From Chrysomallon squamiferum (taxonomy: Eukaryota > Animalia > Mollusca), in NCBI GenBank assembly GCA_012295275.1, contig CM022679.1, positions 4,650,001 through 4,714,000 on the forward strand: a stretch of DNA of 64,000 bases, given 5' to 3'. Position 1 is the first letter of the stretch. Each line of letters starts with the position of its first letter. This document shows positions 43,345-64,000 of the stretch, in pieces. The notes under the pieces are model-generated. The model was not told the origin of the DNA. It was given only the letters and a program-made list of their open reading frames with translations, and searched no databases. The position numbers and the translations under genes were made by a program.

Positions 43345-43725
43345 CAAGCACTGAACTGATACGCATGTTCCTTTATATGCACGTACATCCCACCCCGTAA
43401 TATATTCTACGCCTTCGCACGCCCTTTTTTCTAATTATAATAAAGATTATCAAACGTGACTTTATTAATAATCTTAAAGCATTAATAATCCATTTTTTTG
43501 TTTAAGATGCAGTTCGATATAGAGAGAAGAAATGTAAAAATAGAAATTATATATTTCTACTCACCTTATTATTTCTATCTTCGGAAAATATCGCTTTCGA
43601 GGAAGAGGTCATTAAGTGACACAACCCACTTAATCTTTGGCCTAGTTCTAGGTCAGACACGTGTAGTCACATGCAAAAGGCAAGTGGGGAATCACCTAAA
43701 ATCACTCAACCAATCAGAAAGGCGC
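43345..43725 (-). promoter_or_regulatory. Second candidate minus-strand promoter
   Basis: Minus-strand TATAAAG at 43377-43371 followed by Inr-like TCAGT motifs at 43359-43350; CCAAT at 43710-43714; GGGGAATCAC at 43686-43695; a consensus donor CAG|GTAAGT lies downstream at 42056-42051. Confidence 0.35.
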
Positions 43726-45059
43726 TAACAAAAAAAAAAAAAAAAAAAACGTAATCGATTTTTCGCAGAAAAACGACAGTCTATTTTTAGAACATTGTTC
43801 CGCTTAAGAAAAAAAACGGGATCGAATTGAAGGGAGATGATCTTGTTTCAACGTTTGTCACATTATGAATGTAAGAGTTGTGATCCGTCACTAGGTAAAA
43901 TCATAACAGCAGCAACAATAAAAACAAACAAGAAACAACAGCAGAAACTAAAAAAAAAAAAAAAAAAAAAAAAATAATGAATATAATGAAGAAGAAGAAC
44001 GGTTCGATTTTTTAAATATTTTCCTAAATAAGAAGAAGGTAATTTGCTTAACTAATTTTCTTCTTTGTGTACAATCGTCGCGATTATACAAGCAGTAGTT
44101 CTGCGGTCAAGCGTATCAATATAGGTCACTGCATTTAAGTTAAGAAAATTAAACGATATGTCTGTCATCTGGGTTAGACTAGAACGAGGCTAAATGGACT
44201 GCTGAGGACTCGTCTGCGACATCCGACACACCACACGAGTTTATTTAAACGAAGGCTGCTGTAACTCGTATTTGAAAATGTCAGAATTAATACATTTTTA
44301 TTTCATAGCATAATTTTATTTTATATTATTTCGTTTTATTTATTTATTTATTATGATTATTAATTTTTTTAGAACAGTAAATTAGTAAACAGTTACTTTT
44401 TCACAGAATATTTTATTTATTATTTATTTTTATTTTTTATATTTTTAATTTTTTTTTTTTATTTATTATATTATTATTTATTTATTTACTTATTTATATT
44501 TTTGTACTTTATTTTTCAGTTTTATTATATTATAATTATTATTTATTTATTTATTTTTAATTTTTTTTTTTTTTTTTTTATAAGAAATTTGTTTAATTTT
44601 ACAATCTAGTCCCGAATAATTAATTCTTAACATTTACAGACTACTGTTAAATTATAGCATGAACAGTACTGAAGTGAAATGTATGCAGCAAAATATCTTT
44701 TATTTATGTTTTATAATTTTAAACGTATAAAATATACGTTTAACTTTTAATTAATTTTGTTCTAATTCTGCTTTTTTTTATATAAGCAGTGATAGTTTTA
44801 GTAACGGCAACAACAACAATATAATCAATTATAGAAGAGGTAGTAATAATAACAAGCAGCAGCAAAATATGCTCTTGTGCTTGTCGACGTTATTAATATT
44901 ATAATTTTTGACACAGATATCATTCCTCGCCTTCCACGAACTGACGATATATTATTCATACAGCCTTGATGTAGAAAAGAAATGTCTAAAGCAAATGTTT
45001 ATTAGAAATACTAGTCATTCGCAGTTCCGCGGTTACTTACTAAGGGAGATAACTACAAT

Positions 45060-45190
45060 ACACTTGCGCCACGCCCCCAACCACAATTCAAGTTTGTTTA
45101 CGTTGCAAATCGGCTGGAATAAACAGAACCGTAATAATACAGTTATAGTTAGGGGAACACCACCGTGTCAGGTCGAGGTCAAAGGTCTTC
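45060..45190 (+). promoter_or_regulatory. Proximal promoter of the FYVE-ARM gene: GC box and nuclear-receptor direct repeats
   Basis: GCCACGCCCCC (Sp/KLF) at ~45068-45078; AGGTCG-AGGTCA-A-AGGTCT at 45170-45188; 220-340 bp upstream of the ATG. Confidence 0.5.
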
Positions 45191-45405
45191 GTGTGCGTAA
45201 TTATGAACAACATTTTGCACGTCAGACGACACAGATGTATAATGAATAATATTTGTTTAACCCATATCTAAGTACTTAATTCAAAAGTTTAACGTTTCAC
45301 TGGCGAGAAGTTTCAACAAACTACTTAAAGCTAACTCCTCACGAGGTGACAAACAGACGTATTTACTGTCGCCGTGACATTTGTGGCAGTCACGAGACAA
45401 CTCAA

Positions 45406-54634
<9,229 letters not shown>

Positions 54635-55811
54635 CGTCACATCACATATCAAACATTCATCCAGTAAGACTGGGACCTGTGGCTGGACTGGTATCAATGT
54701 TCATAAAAACAGCATACACGTTTCAGTAAGTCTGTTCAACTGTTCAGACTGAGGAGATGAAATTTACTATGAGAACACAAAAATAACTGCAACCATGCTT
54801 TAATAGGTGAACAAAATATAATGGGCAGCCAAGTTGTTCAGGCATGGAGTGATTAGGAAATTTTGAAATTTTGGTCACATTGTTACCAGATCGGTACTGA
54901 TTACTGGATTATTAGTGATAATGATGTATATATATATATATATCTATTTTAAGGTTAGATCAATTTACAAAACCTGCTGGTGTATATTTTTATCAGTGTA
55001 CAGGAGTGTTGAAGATGCTTTTTGTATGTTTAATGTGTCCATTGTAAAGACTGCCAAATTGAGTGTATGTGCCTGTGTGTGTGTGTGCACACTTAAACAT
55101 ATATATATATTTGAAATATGTTTTTAACTGCCAAAACTTTGATGATGTTATGTATTTAATAAAAAAAAGTATTTACAATTTACAAACATAATTTTTATTC
55201 TCATCCTGTTATATTATTATCAAATGCTGGTCATCAGTATCAAATAGAACAATTATTTTCTAATTTAGGTCATAAATTTATATCACCATAGAACACATTA
55301 AATTTGTATACTCATCAACTCAGTTATCCATCAAATTTATTATTAACTAGAAAAACTTTACGTTGCATTGATATATTTTAATCATCTGTACTAGTCACTG
55401 TATCTTTTAACATACTATGTGTTGAAATAAAATATCAAGTATTATTATCAATAAAAGCCTTTATTTTGTTTTTGCTCTCTCACTTATTATGCTGTGAATT
55501 AATCCAGTTAGGGGAAAATTCAGAGTGTGACAAAGATGTGGTGCAGCCATTGTTTGATTTAAGTCTGAAGTTATGTCACTTGTTTTGACAGGCGAAATCA
55601 GAACTTTTAGAACCGTTTTGTCAAAGAGTTATGGGTTTGGTTGATGGAACTGTATGATCAAGTATTTGCTATTGTTTTTCCTTTTCAATTTAAGCATAAA
55701 TGTATAATAACCAATAGAAATATCTGCTCTGAATAAAAAAAAGTGGAATGCCTGCAATTGTTTTAGTAGAAAGTAATTTATTTTATTATTTGTATTTTTG
55801 TTATTATTATT

Positions 55812-55842
<31 letters not shown>

Positions 55843-55968
55843 GTCACATGCATTGTCGTGCAAAAATAAAATATATTGTAAAACTAGGTTTTTTTGCTAA
55901 ACTTTATTTATGTAGTCATTTCTCCTTGCTTTATTTTTATTTTTATTTTTGAAAAATCCAAGTTTATC

Positions 55969-56001
<33 letters not shown>

Positions 56002-57661
56002 TTATTATTGTTCCATTTTTGTCAAATTTTATTTGCAAATTAATTACATTGATTTGAATAACTAGAACTAAATTTTTAAGCCATTTTTAGTTAATAAAGA
56101 ATATTTATAATTAATTTTTGGCAGTTATTTTTGTAAACAATAAAATCTTTAAATGATTTTTTATTTTTATTTTTTTTTTATTTGTATTTTTATTTTTAAA
56201 TTTTTAACAAAATAAAAATGAAAGAAATCAGATTTTTGCACCTAGTACACATCTTAGAACATTATATATATATATATAATTCATTATTATTTTTTTTAAA
56301 TTAATAAAATGTATTTATTATTTAAAGAAATAATTCGTTTATTTTTGGCATCATGGATCCTATTGAAGGCAATAAACAGTTGTCACACTCCATGATGGGA
56401 AGGAAATTATTTTTACTATGAAGATCACAAGCCTCCTTTGACTTCCATTAACATATCTGTCCATCAGACATCAGCAGCCAGAACAAGTGAAAGTGGAAGG
56501 AAGAACACTGCAGTTGGAATATTGGACAAAATACTGTTCAGTGTCACGTCATTTCTATGTCCAAGAAGTTTACTTTCAGTGATGGAAAAAATGTCGCATG
56601 GAAGTCTCTGAAAGTTCAATGGATTTCCAATAAGATTTGTGCAAGAAAGACTCAATCATTAAAAAATAATAATAATAAATGTCAACAAAATAAAAATAAT
56701 AAATAAAGTAAAAAAAAAATTTTTTAATTGACCTCTGCAAGAAGATTTGTTTCAGAATGACTTTAAAAACTTTTCCTGCAAATTATGTAGTGTTTGTATC
56801 ATATACTTTTTTTTTTCTATTTACAGTCATATAGGTTTCACTGCACATTTTGTCATACATATCAAGATACAGTTTGTATAACTTTTTTTTTTTTTTTTAT
56901 ACCTTGAATCTCCAAGGCCATTTGTTCAAATTGTAGTTACGTTAACCTAGATTTAACTTAATTCTGCATTTTTTGAAAATTATTATTTAAAAAAAAAAAT
57001 AATAATAAAAATAAAAAAAAAAAAAATAAAAAAAAATAAAAAAAAAAAAAATAAAATAAAAAAAAATATTAAAAAAAAATATTAAAAAAAAAATAAAATA
57101 AAATAAAATAAAAAACTAAAATAATAAATAAAATAAAATAAAATGTACTATTCAGTGCATTTAATAATTTATTTACATATCTATACATTTTTAGCAAGAT
57201 TCCTTTTAAGATTTTATTCGTTACAAATATCAGTGTGATAATTAATAACCAATAATTAATGTCTGGCCTCTGATGATGTTGTTGAATAAGACTAGGAAAT
57301 TGTAATAAAAGTTCCAGTTCTGTAACATTTAAATAATATTTTAAAATAAAATAATGAATGAAAAAAAAAAAAAAAAATAAATAAAAACAGAAACAGAAGA
57401 AAAAAGACCCACTCAATTAAGAAATTTTATATGCATTTAGTAATAAGTAGTAATATATTAACAAAGATATTTATTCATAGATATATGCACATTAATACTT
57501 TACATCTCAGACTTCCTGGTCTTTTATTTTGTTCTATTTAACCTACTCAAAAATAAAAATAAAAATAAAAAAAAAAGAATTTTTTTTAAAAAGCTATCAT
57601 TTAGATGTCTGTCAAAAATTTACATAGTGGGTTGTCTCCCTTAGACTGTAACTAATCCATG

Positions 57662-57698
<37 letters not shown>

Positions 57699-57894
57699 TT
57701 TAATTTTAAAATGTTTGTTAAAAAAAATTTCATTTAATTTTCAGAAAACTGAATATCATAAATAATTATTTAATAAACATTTTGTTCATCTTGGTGTAAA
57801 TAATGTTGATAATTAAACAAAAATGAAACAAAACCAAAAATAATATTAAACACTGTATGGACTTTATATATATATATATTTTTTAAATTGTTTA

Positions 57895-57925
<31 letters not shown>

Positions 57926-59435
57926 GTCACCTTTTTATTTGGATTGTTTCCAGTGCAGTGTGTTCACTCTCATCCCATTTGAGAGTAAATAATTCCCGTA
58001 ACTATCATTTTTTTTCTTAGGCTGACCTATTATTAGCATCAGACCCATTGTTAAGATGGACATATCAATATAATTTCATGGCTGGTTAATTGCCTAGTAT
58101 ATATAATTAAATAAATAAGTGCATAATGTATTAAATCAGTGTTTTATTTTCATTATTATTATTTTTTTACTTTACTTGTGATGTTCTAGTCATCTGATTT
58201 CTATATAAAAGGTGGTCACAGTAAGACATAGTTTTAGTCTCTGTCTCTCCTTTAGTTCTACCATACTTTTTATTAGCTATTTAAAATTTACAACAAATTC
58301 AATAATAATTATATTTAAAAAAAAAAATGTGATCTCCTTATTTCATATCTAATTATGTATGTTTTAACTTCCAGTGCTACTAGGTAATGAAAATATGTTT
58401 ACCACAAACTACATTTTAAAAATAATAATTGCATTAATGAGCAAGTTTATTGATTTTTACTGATCAAGCACATTTAATGTAATAAATATTAACTAAAATC
58501 CTTTTCTGTATGTTCTGTATAAAATTATTAAGTAGTAGATTTGAATAACCATGCGCTACAGTTATTGGGTCTTGGTATTTTCTATTTCATTCAGAGATTT
58601 ACTGCAATGCTACCAGTTATCAGTGATATCAGACACGTGGCAATTTTTCACATCATTTTTCTCAAAACCATAGAAGCTGAGTTTTTATATCTCAAAATGT
58701 GAATGCTCGTTACTAAAATCAGTGAAAATGTGCATTATTCAAATTAAAAAAGTAATAAACTAACGTATATCTGAATCAGCCGATTTTAAACGTTAGTGTC
58801 AGTGCAAGCAAAAATGATTAATAACTCGCAGAATAAATTTCAACATAACAAATTAAAAACTTTACTCACACAAAAATATCTGTTTTATTCTGTCTTAAAA
58901 TCTACTTAATTCTGAAATTTTATACATTATTTACCCATTTTCTGGTGGCAAGCTGACCATCAAACTCTGGAAACAGTGAACTGTTTAAACAAATCCATGT
59001 ACTTAAAATGATAAGTCAGGCTTGCTTATTTTATACACCAAATTCTTTAGTTATGGATATTAAAACATTGCTTAACAATGATGTTCATTTTATGCAAATC
59101 AGTTATATAACAATTCAAAGTTGCTTAGTTCCAAAATTAAATGAAATCTTTTTCTTTCTTTTTTTGTATTTTGTTCATCTTTATTCTCTTCTTCATTTAG
59201 CTAAGTAATAAAATAATTTAATCCAATGAGTCTAACATCCATAATTTCCCTGTGCACCATCACTTCTATTTTATTTGCTAATTTATACTGAATGTGATAA
59301 TAACAACAGATGAAATCAGTGAAAAAGAAAAAATGTTTATTCTACAAAGTTCTATCAAACACACTGTGTTACTGTAGGAACATGTTACTGAGGTCTGACA
59401 CTGAAATTATTCTCAAATCTTTGTTAACACACAAT

Positions 59436-59617
59436 TCAGTTGTATATCTCTTTGGTTGGATCAACATCTGATGTTCGAACCACTGAAAAAATGAAAATAA
59501 TCATCATAATGATAATAATGATGATGATGTTTATAATGATAACATTATTATTATTGTTATTATTATTTTCAATATTTCCAATTAGGAATATTCCACCTAT
59601 ATGATTATTATTATTAC

Positions 59618-59671
<54 letters not shown>

Positions 59672-60392
59672 CTTTATGGTCTAAAATCATTTTTAAGAGT
59701 TAAAAAATTATTATAAACACTAAAAAATGACCCTGAGACAAAAAAGTTTGAGATCAGCTATTAAGAAACAAGCTAAACATCAAAAAGTTAATACATATTT
59801 AGACACTTGCTCAAATACGTTTTCATATTCCATTAACAGTAGATCCAAAATTTAACGAATGACTGTAGTAAAGAACTGTATTACAACATAAACATTATTA
59901 TAGTAATAAAATAACAGTTCTAAAACGTATCCTGCTTTCAGTGTTACAGCACTCACCGTGATACGTGTATCTGTACATGTGTTTTTTTTCAACATCTCGA
60001 CTATATCTGTATGTTCCAACAGTTACTCCAAAAACACCTTAAAATATACAGATACCAACAGTTTGACTGACATTAGTTTTAACAGAATATAACAGTATTA
60101 AGAAAAATAATTTCACAGCTTTGAATCTTTATGACAAAACCAGTGACTTGCAGTTGGTATATGAACAGAGGATGATGTTTTTTTGTGTGTGTGATGACTG
60201 TCTCTGCTGTTAACTGTTGACATTAAAATGGTTATGTCGTGGCACTAAAGAAACAGCTAGGTTATAAAAACGTTGTGCTGTATGTTATAATAAAAGAACA
60301 TATGTCCACTGCATTGTTCAAGATATCAAACAGAAAATTGATAAATCCACTCTGTATGTGAATATACATACATACATACAAACATAATATGA

Positions 60393-60441
<49 letters not shown>

Positions 60442-61521
60442 ATTATATATATGTGCACACATTACCTTTCAGTTTACGTTTGTGTTGTCAGTTACAACAC
60501 ATTATGATTATTATTATTATTATTATTATTACTGAAAGGTTCAGAAAAATGGCTGATTATTACAACAAACACACCCTGTAGAATAGACATGTGACATAAG
60601 GACTATTTCAAGTGTTTGTTAAAAAATACTGTTAAAAGAAAGAATTTGTACAAACCAATTCCAATCATTCCAATACAGCACACAATCTCAGGAATTTCAT
60701 TCCAGGCTCTTTTTATAAGAGAGATTCCTAAAAATAGAAACATTTTATGATATTCTGTCTACATTATAATTTATACATAAATCAAAAATTTTACTTTGGC
60801 ATTTTTTTTTATTAAAATCAGGATTGATCAACTATTTTATTAAATTTTCAAAGTAATATTGATAAATACATCACCAGAACTCTTTGTGTGTGTGTCCGTG
60901 TGTGTGTGTGTGTGTGTGTGTGGTTGTGGGTGATGGAAAGAATCCAAACACTGAAACAGGTTCAAAAAAATAAGATGATATGGAGTAAAGCAGTCCAAAA
61001 TACTGTAGAGATTATGACAGTGATATGTCATTATTTGTGTGTATTTATATATTTTAACATAATGTAGTGTATCAAAATGATTATCATGTAACAAATCATA
61101 ATTAAGATTTATGACCTTTGTTTTAAAGATGTGCATGGCATATTTTTCATAGTGCTTTTTACATTTTGATTTTCATATTATCTTGATTTAAAACCCAATT
61201 TAAAATGTGTTTACATTTGTGCACCTAACGAAATGTAATCAGCAATGACATCAATATCAGATGTTATTGTTAATCTGTTAGTAGCATTAGACTATTAGTA
61301 TTACAGTTTCAATGTCATTGTCATTTGGCATAATTTGCTGTTGAATTTTCGAGTTTCAAGTTCAGTCATTTAATTGACTAATGAGTTATGCGATGAAGTC
61401 CTCTTTCATTTGTTACTCTTTTTATTTTTTAGTGAATTAATAAATCACTCCAGACTGTTCTATAAAAATATTAAGGTTAAAATAAAATGTATATACCTGT
61501 CGTTGCCCCTCTGGATGCCAT
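59436..61521 (-). CDS. NDUFA3: NADH dehydrogenase (complex I) accessory subunit NDUFA3/B9-like, 4 exons, 74 aa
   Basis: Exons 61521-61497, 60727-60656, 60037-59957, 59482-59436 (225 nt, all phase 1, GT-AG) give MASRGATTGISLIKRAWNEIPEIVCCIGMIGIGVFGVTVGTYRYSRDVEKKHMYRYTYHVVRTSDVDPTKEIYN*. The LIKRAWNEIP motif, single TM helix and Y-x-Y-x-V-x-R tail match the protostome NDUFA3 type (Drosophila CG9034, from memory). Confidence 0.82.
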
Positions 61522-61793
61522 TTTGGATAGGCGTTTGATCTGTGCGTATTTTCCTCTATATTTATTAGAGAACCGAAATGGTACATTATAGACGTCTTTT
61601 GCTTACATTTAGTTTCTTTTTAAAGTATATAATAATACTATTTTCATTTTGTTTGTTTGATTACTAGATTTACATCGCGCTGAACAATATAAAATAATAC
61701 GACCTAAACATCTACAGTATAAAAACATTCGTCGTGGTCTTTAGCTCCAATACAATTCTTACGTATGGCTCCGAATACCGGATATCAAGCAAG
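61522..61793. promoter_or_regulatory. Bidirectional promoter between NDUFA3-like and GFER
   Basis: Divergent ATGs at 61521 (-) and 61794 (+) are separated by 272 bp; locally CpG-rich; YY1-like CAAAATGGC over the NDUFA3 start. Confidence 0.75.
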
Positions 61794-63675
61794 ATGTCTG
61801 CGTCCACGAAAGAACATGCGAGTCGTTACATGCCAAATGAAACTGTACAATTACCGATGCAGAAGCCTTGTCGTACTTGTACCGATTTTAAAACATGGAT
61901 GAAAATGCAAGGCAAATCAGTACAGGTAAAGTACAGTTAAAATGTGTTCTTACATATTTTTTTATTATTTAATTTGTTGTAAATATTAGTTTACGTCAAG
62001 GTCAATTCTACAAGAATTACAGCTAAAATAGTTAATTAACAACTGTAATAGAAATTTTAAAAGTTATCTAAAATGTGTTTAACAGGTTTTCTTGGCAAAA
62101 TAATTATATAATGAATATTCAGTTATAAATTTGTGAAGGGAAAACGAAAGTGCTTGTTTTGAATTGTGACAAGGTATAAAACCCCTGGGGCGCTGTTCCA
62201 CTGAACAGTTAATGATTTATCATAAATGAAATAATAAGATAAAAGCATAAAAGATTTTTAAAAACCAAGATCTTGAACATTTTAAAATAAGTGGTACTTG
62301 TTCATGTAACTCTTGTCAGAATAATTATTATATTTCATTCTTTCTTTTTACAATGAAAATTTCTGATGAAATACTTTTATCATGTTCTTAATTTGTTTTT
62401 TTCAGATATCTGATGCAACAGATAAATAAAATTGTTAAATTTATTTATTTATTTATTTATTATATTTCTTTTAGATACTGATAAAAATATCCTATAAGAA
62501 ACATTTCTCAAAAAGTCAAATTTAATTTTTAATTTTAATTTTAACAAGTGTTTATTTCTGATGTAAAAATTAATTTAAAAAAATAAAATAAAATAAAAGA
62601 TAAAAACAAATGAAAGTTATCACTAAAATAATTTTTTTATTTTTATAAATCAACTATTCTTAATTAACACAGGTAAAACCGTCTGATGAAAAACATTTAT
62701 CAAACTGTCCACTCGACAAAGATGAACTGGGACGTAACACATGGTCTTTCCTACACACAATGGCTGCATATTATCCAGGAACACCTTCAGTTCAAGAGAA
62801 ATTAAACATGACTCAGTTTATGCAACTTTTTGCACAATTCTATCCATGTGATTACTGTTCCAAAGATTTAAGCAACGAGTAAGTTTTAAGTATTAAACTT
62901 TTGTATATCTTCTTCTTCTTTTTCCTTTTTTTTTTTTAAATTTTTTTTTTTTTAACTTCTCCTGTAACTGTAGTAAATGCTTTAGTTCTCAGAGGCAATC
63001 AAATATCACAGAATTTTCAAAGTATCACATTCAGTTTATAAGCATATTTTTCACATAGGTATTCTCTGTTTTCACAATGGTTAAAATTTCTGGTGTCAGA
63101 TTGCTCTATATGTAATTTATTTTTAAATTGTAGAGGAATGTCAGAAATCAAATATTACCAGTAATTCTCATCGCAATGTTAGAAATGTATTCAGATTTCA
63201 AATGAAGATGATCAGCTAGAAGGATTGCATCACTCAATAAAAGTGGAATAGATAATATTAAATAAGCCAGCATATTGGAAAGAAAATTGTTATATTTTAT
63301 TACTGAAAACAAAATATAGTTATAAATAATTAAAACTGATAAATTTGGTCATGACTGATGTCCTTTTTGTAATATTTTAAATTATCAAGTAACCTGCATA
63401 CCTGATTATCTCCCTTCAACTGTATTTTGATTTTTAGTTCTTTGCACTTTTTTTTTTGGTATAGAATAATTATAATTTTGTTTATTTTTATTTTCATTTT
63501 ATTTTTTTTTTTTTTTTTATTTATTCTATTCTATTTTAATTTATTTTATTTTTTATTTATTTATTTATTTATTTATTATTATTTTCTATTTTTTTTTTTT
63601 TATTATTAATTTATTATTATTAATATTTTTTATTTTTTTTTTTTTTTTTTTATTGTTATTATTTATTATTTCTTT

Positions 63676-63722
<47 letters not shown>

Positions 63723-64000
63723 TTTTTTTTTTATTTATTTTTTTATTTATTTATTTATTGTTATTATTATTATTATTATTTATTTTTTATTTTTATTTTT
63801 TTAATTTACTTTTTAATATTATATTTAATACCATACTGATATTAAATGGATGGTTTCTTTTTTTTTATAATTTTTATTTCAGTTTGAAGCAGAGTCCTCC
63901 AGATGTTTCCAGTCAACACAATTTTTCTCAATGGCTGTGTCGACTGCATAACAAAGTGAACAGAAAACTGGGGAAACCTGAGTTCGACTGCAGTCAAGTG
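61794..64000 (+). CDS. GFER: FAD-linked sulfhydryl oxidase ALR/Erv1 (3' end beyond window)
   Basis: Exons 61794-61925, 62673-62878, 63883->64000. Shuttle motif [36 protein letters not shown], redox FYPCDYC, and [20 protein letters not shown]. Confidence 0.96.

Noticed and set aside
56395-56612. ~70-codon open frame in a complex-sequence block between FYVE-ARM and NDUFA3
   Set aside because: No upstream start or splice sites and no recognisable motif; probably UTR or an old repeat.

Overview
AT-rich, microsatellite-dense animal genomic DNA, probably a lophotrochozoan and most likely a gastropod (inferred from the miRNA sequence variants and SINE type). Almost all ORF-track entries are microsatellite artefacts; the real genes are spliced and were rebuilt by hand. 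In order: the 3' end of a claudin/PMP22-like tetraspan gene (+); a decayed Mutator-like transposase fragment; a complete 22-exon PARN gene (+, 613 aa); a ~26 kb region with no convincing protein gene that carries a minus-strand miR-193 / miR-365 (Mir-193-P1/P2) cluster with host-transcript splice sites and promoter-like elements; a 13-exon FYVE + armadillo-repeat gene (+, 485 aa); a 4-exon NDUFA3-like gene (-, 74 aa); and, head-to-head with it, GFER/ALR (+, runs off the window). Two signals stand out. (1) The miR-193/miR-365 cluster lies tail-to-tail with PARN in the order and orientation I recall for human MIR193B-MIR365A and PARN on 16p13, suggesting an ancient linkage. (2) Three independent tandem repeats each copy an exon-intron junction, making arrays of decoy splice sites whose use would introduce a stop codon.
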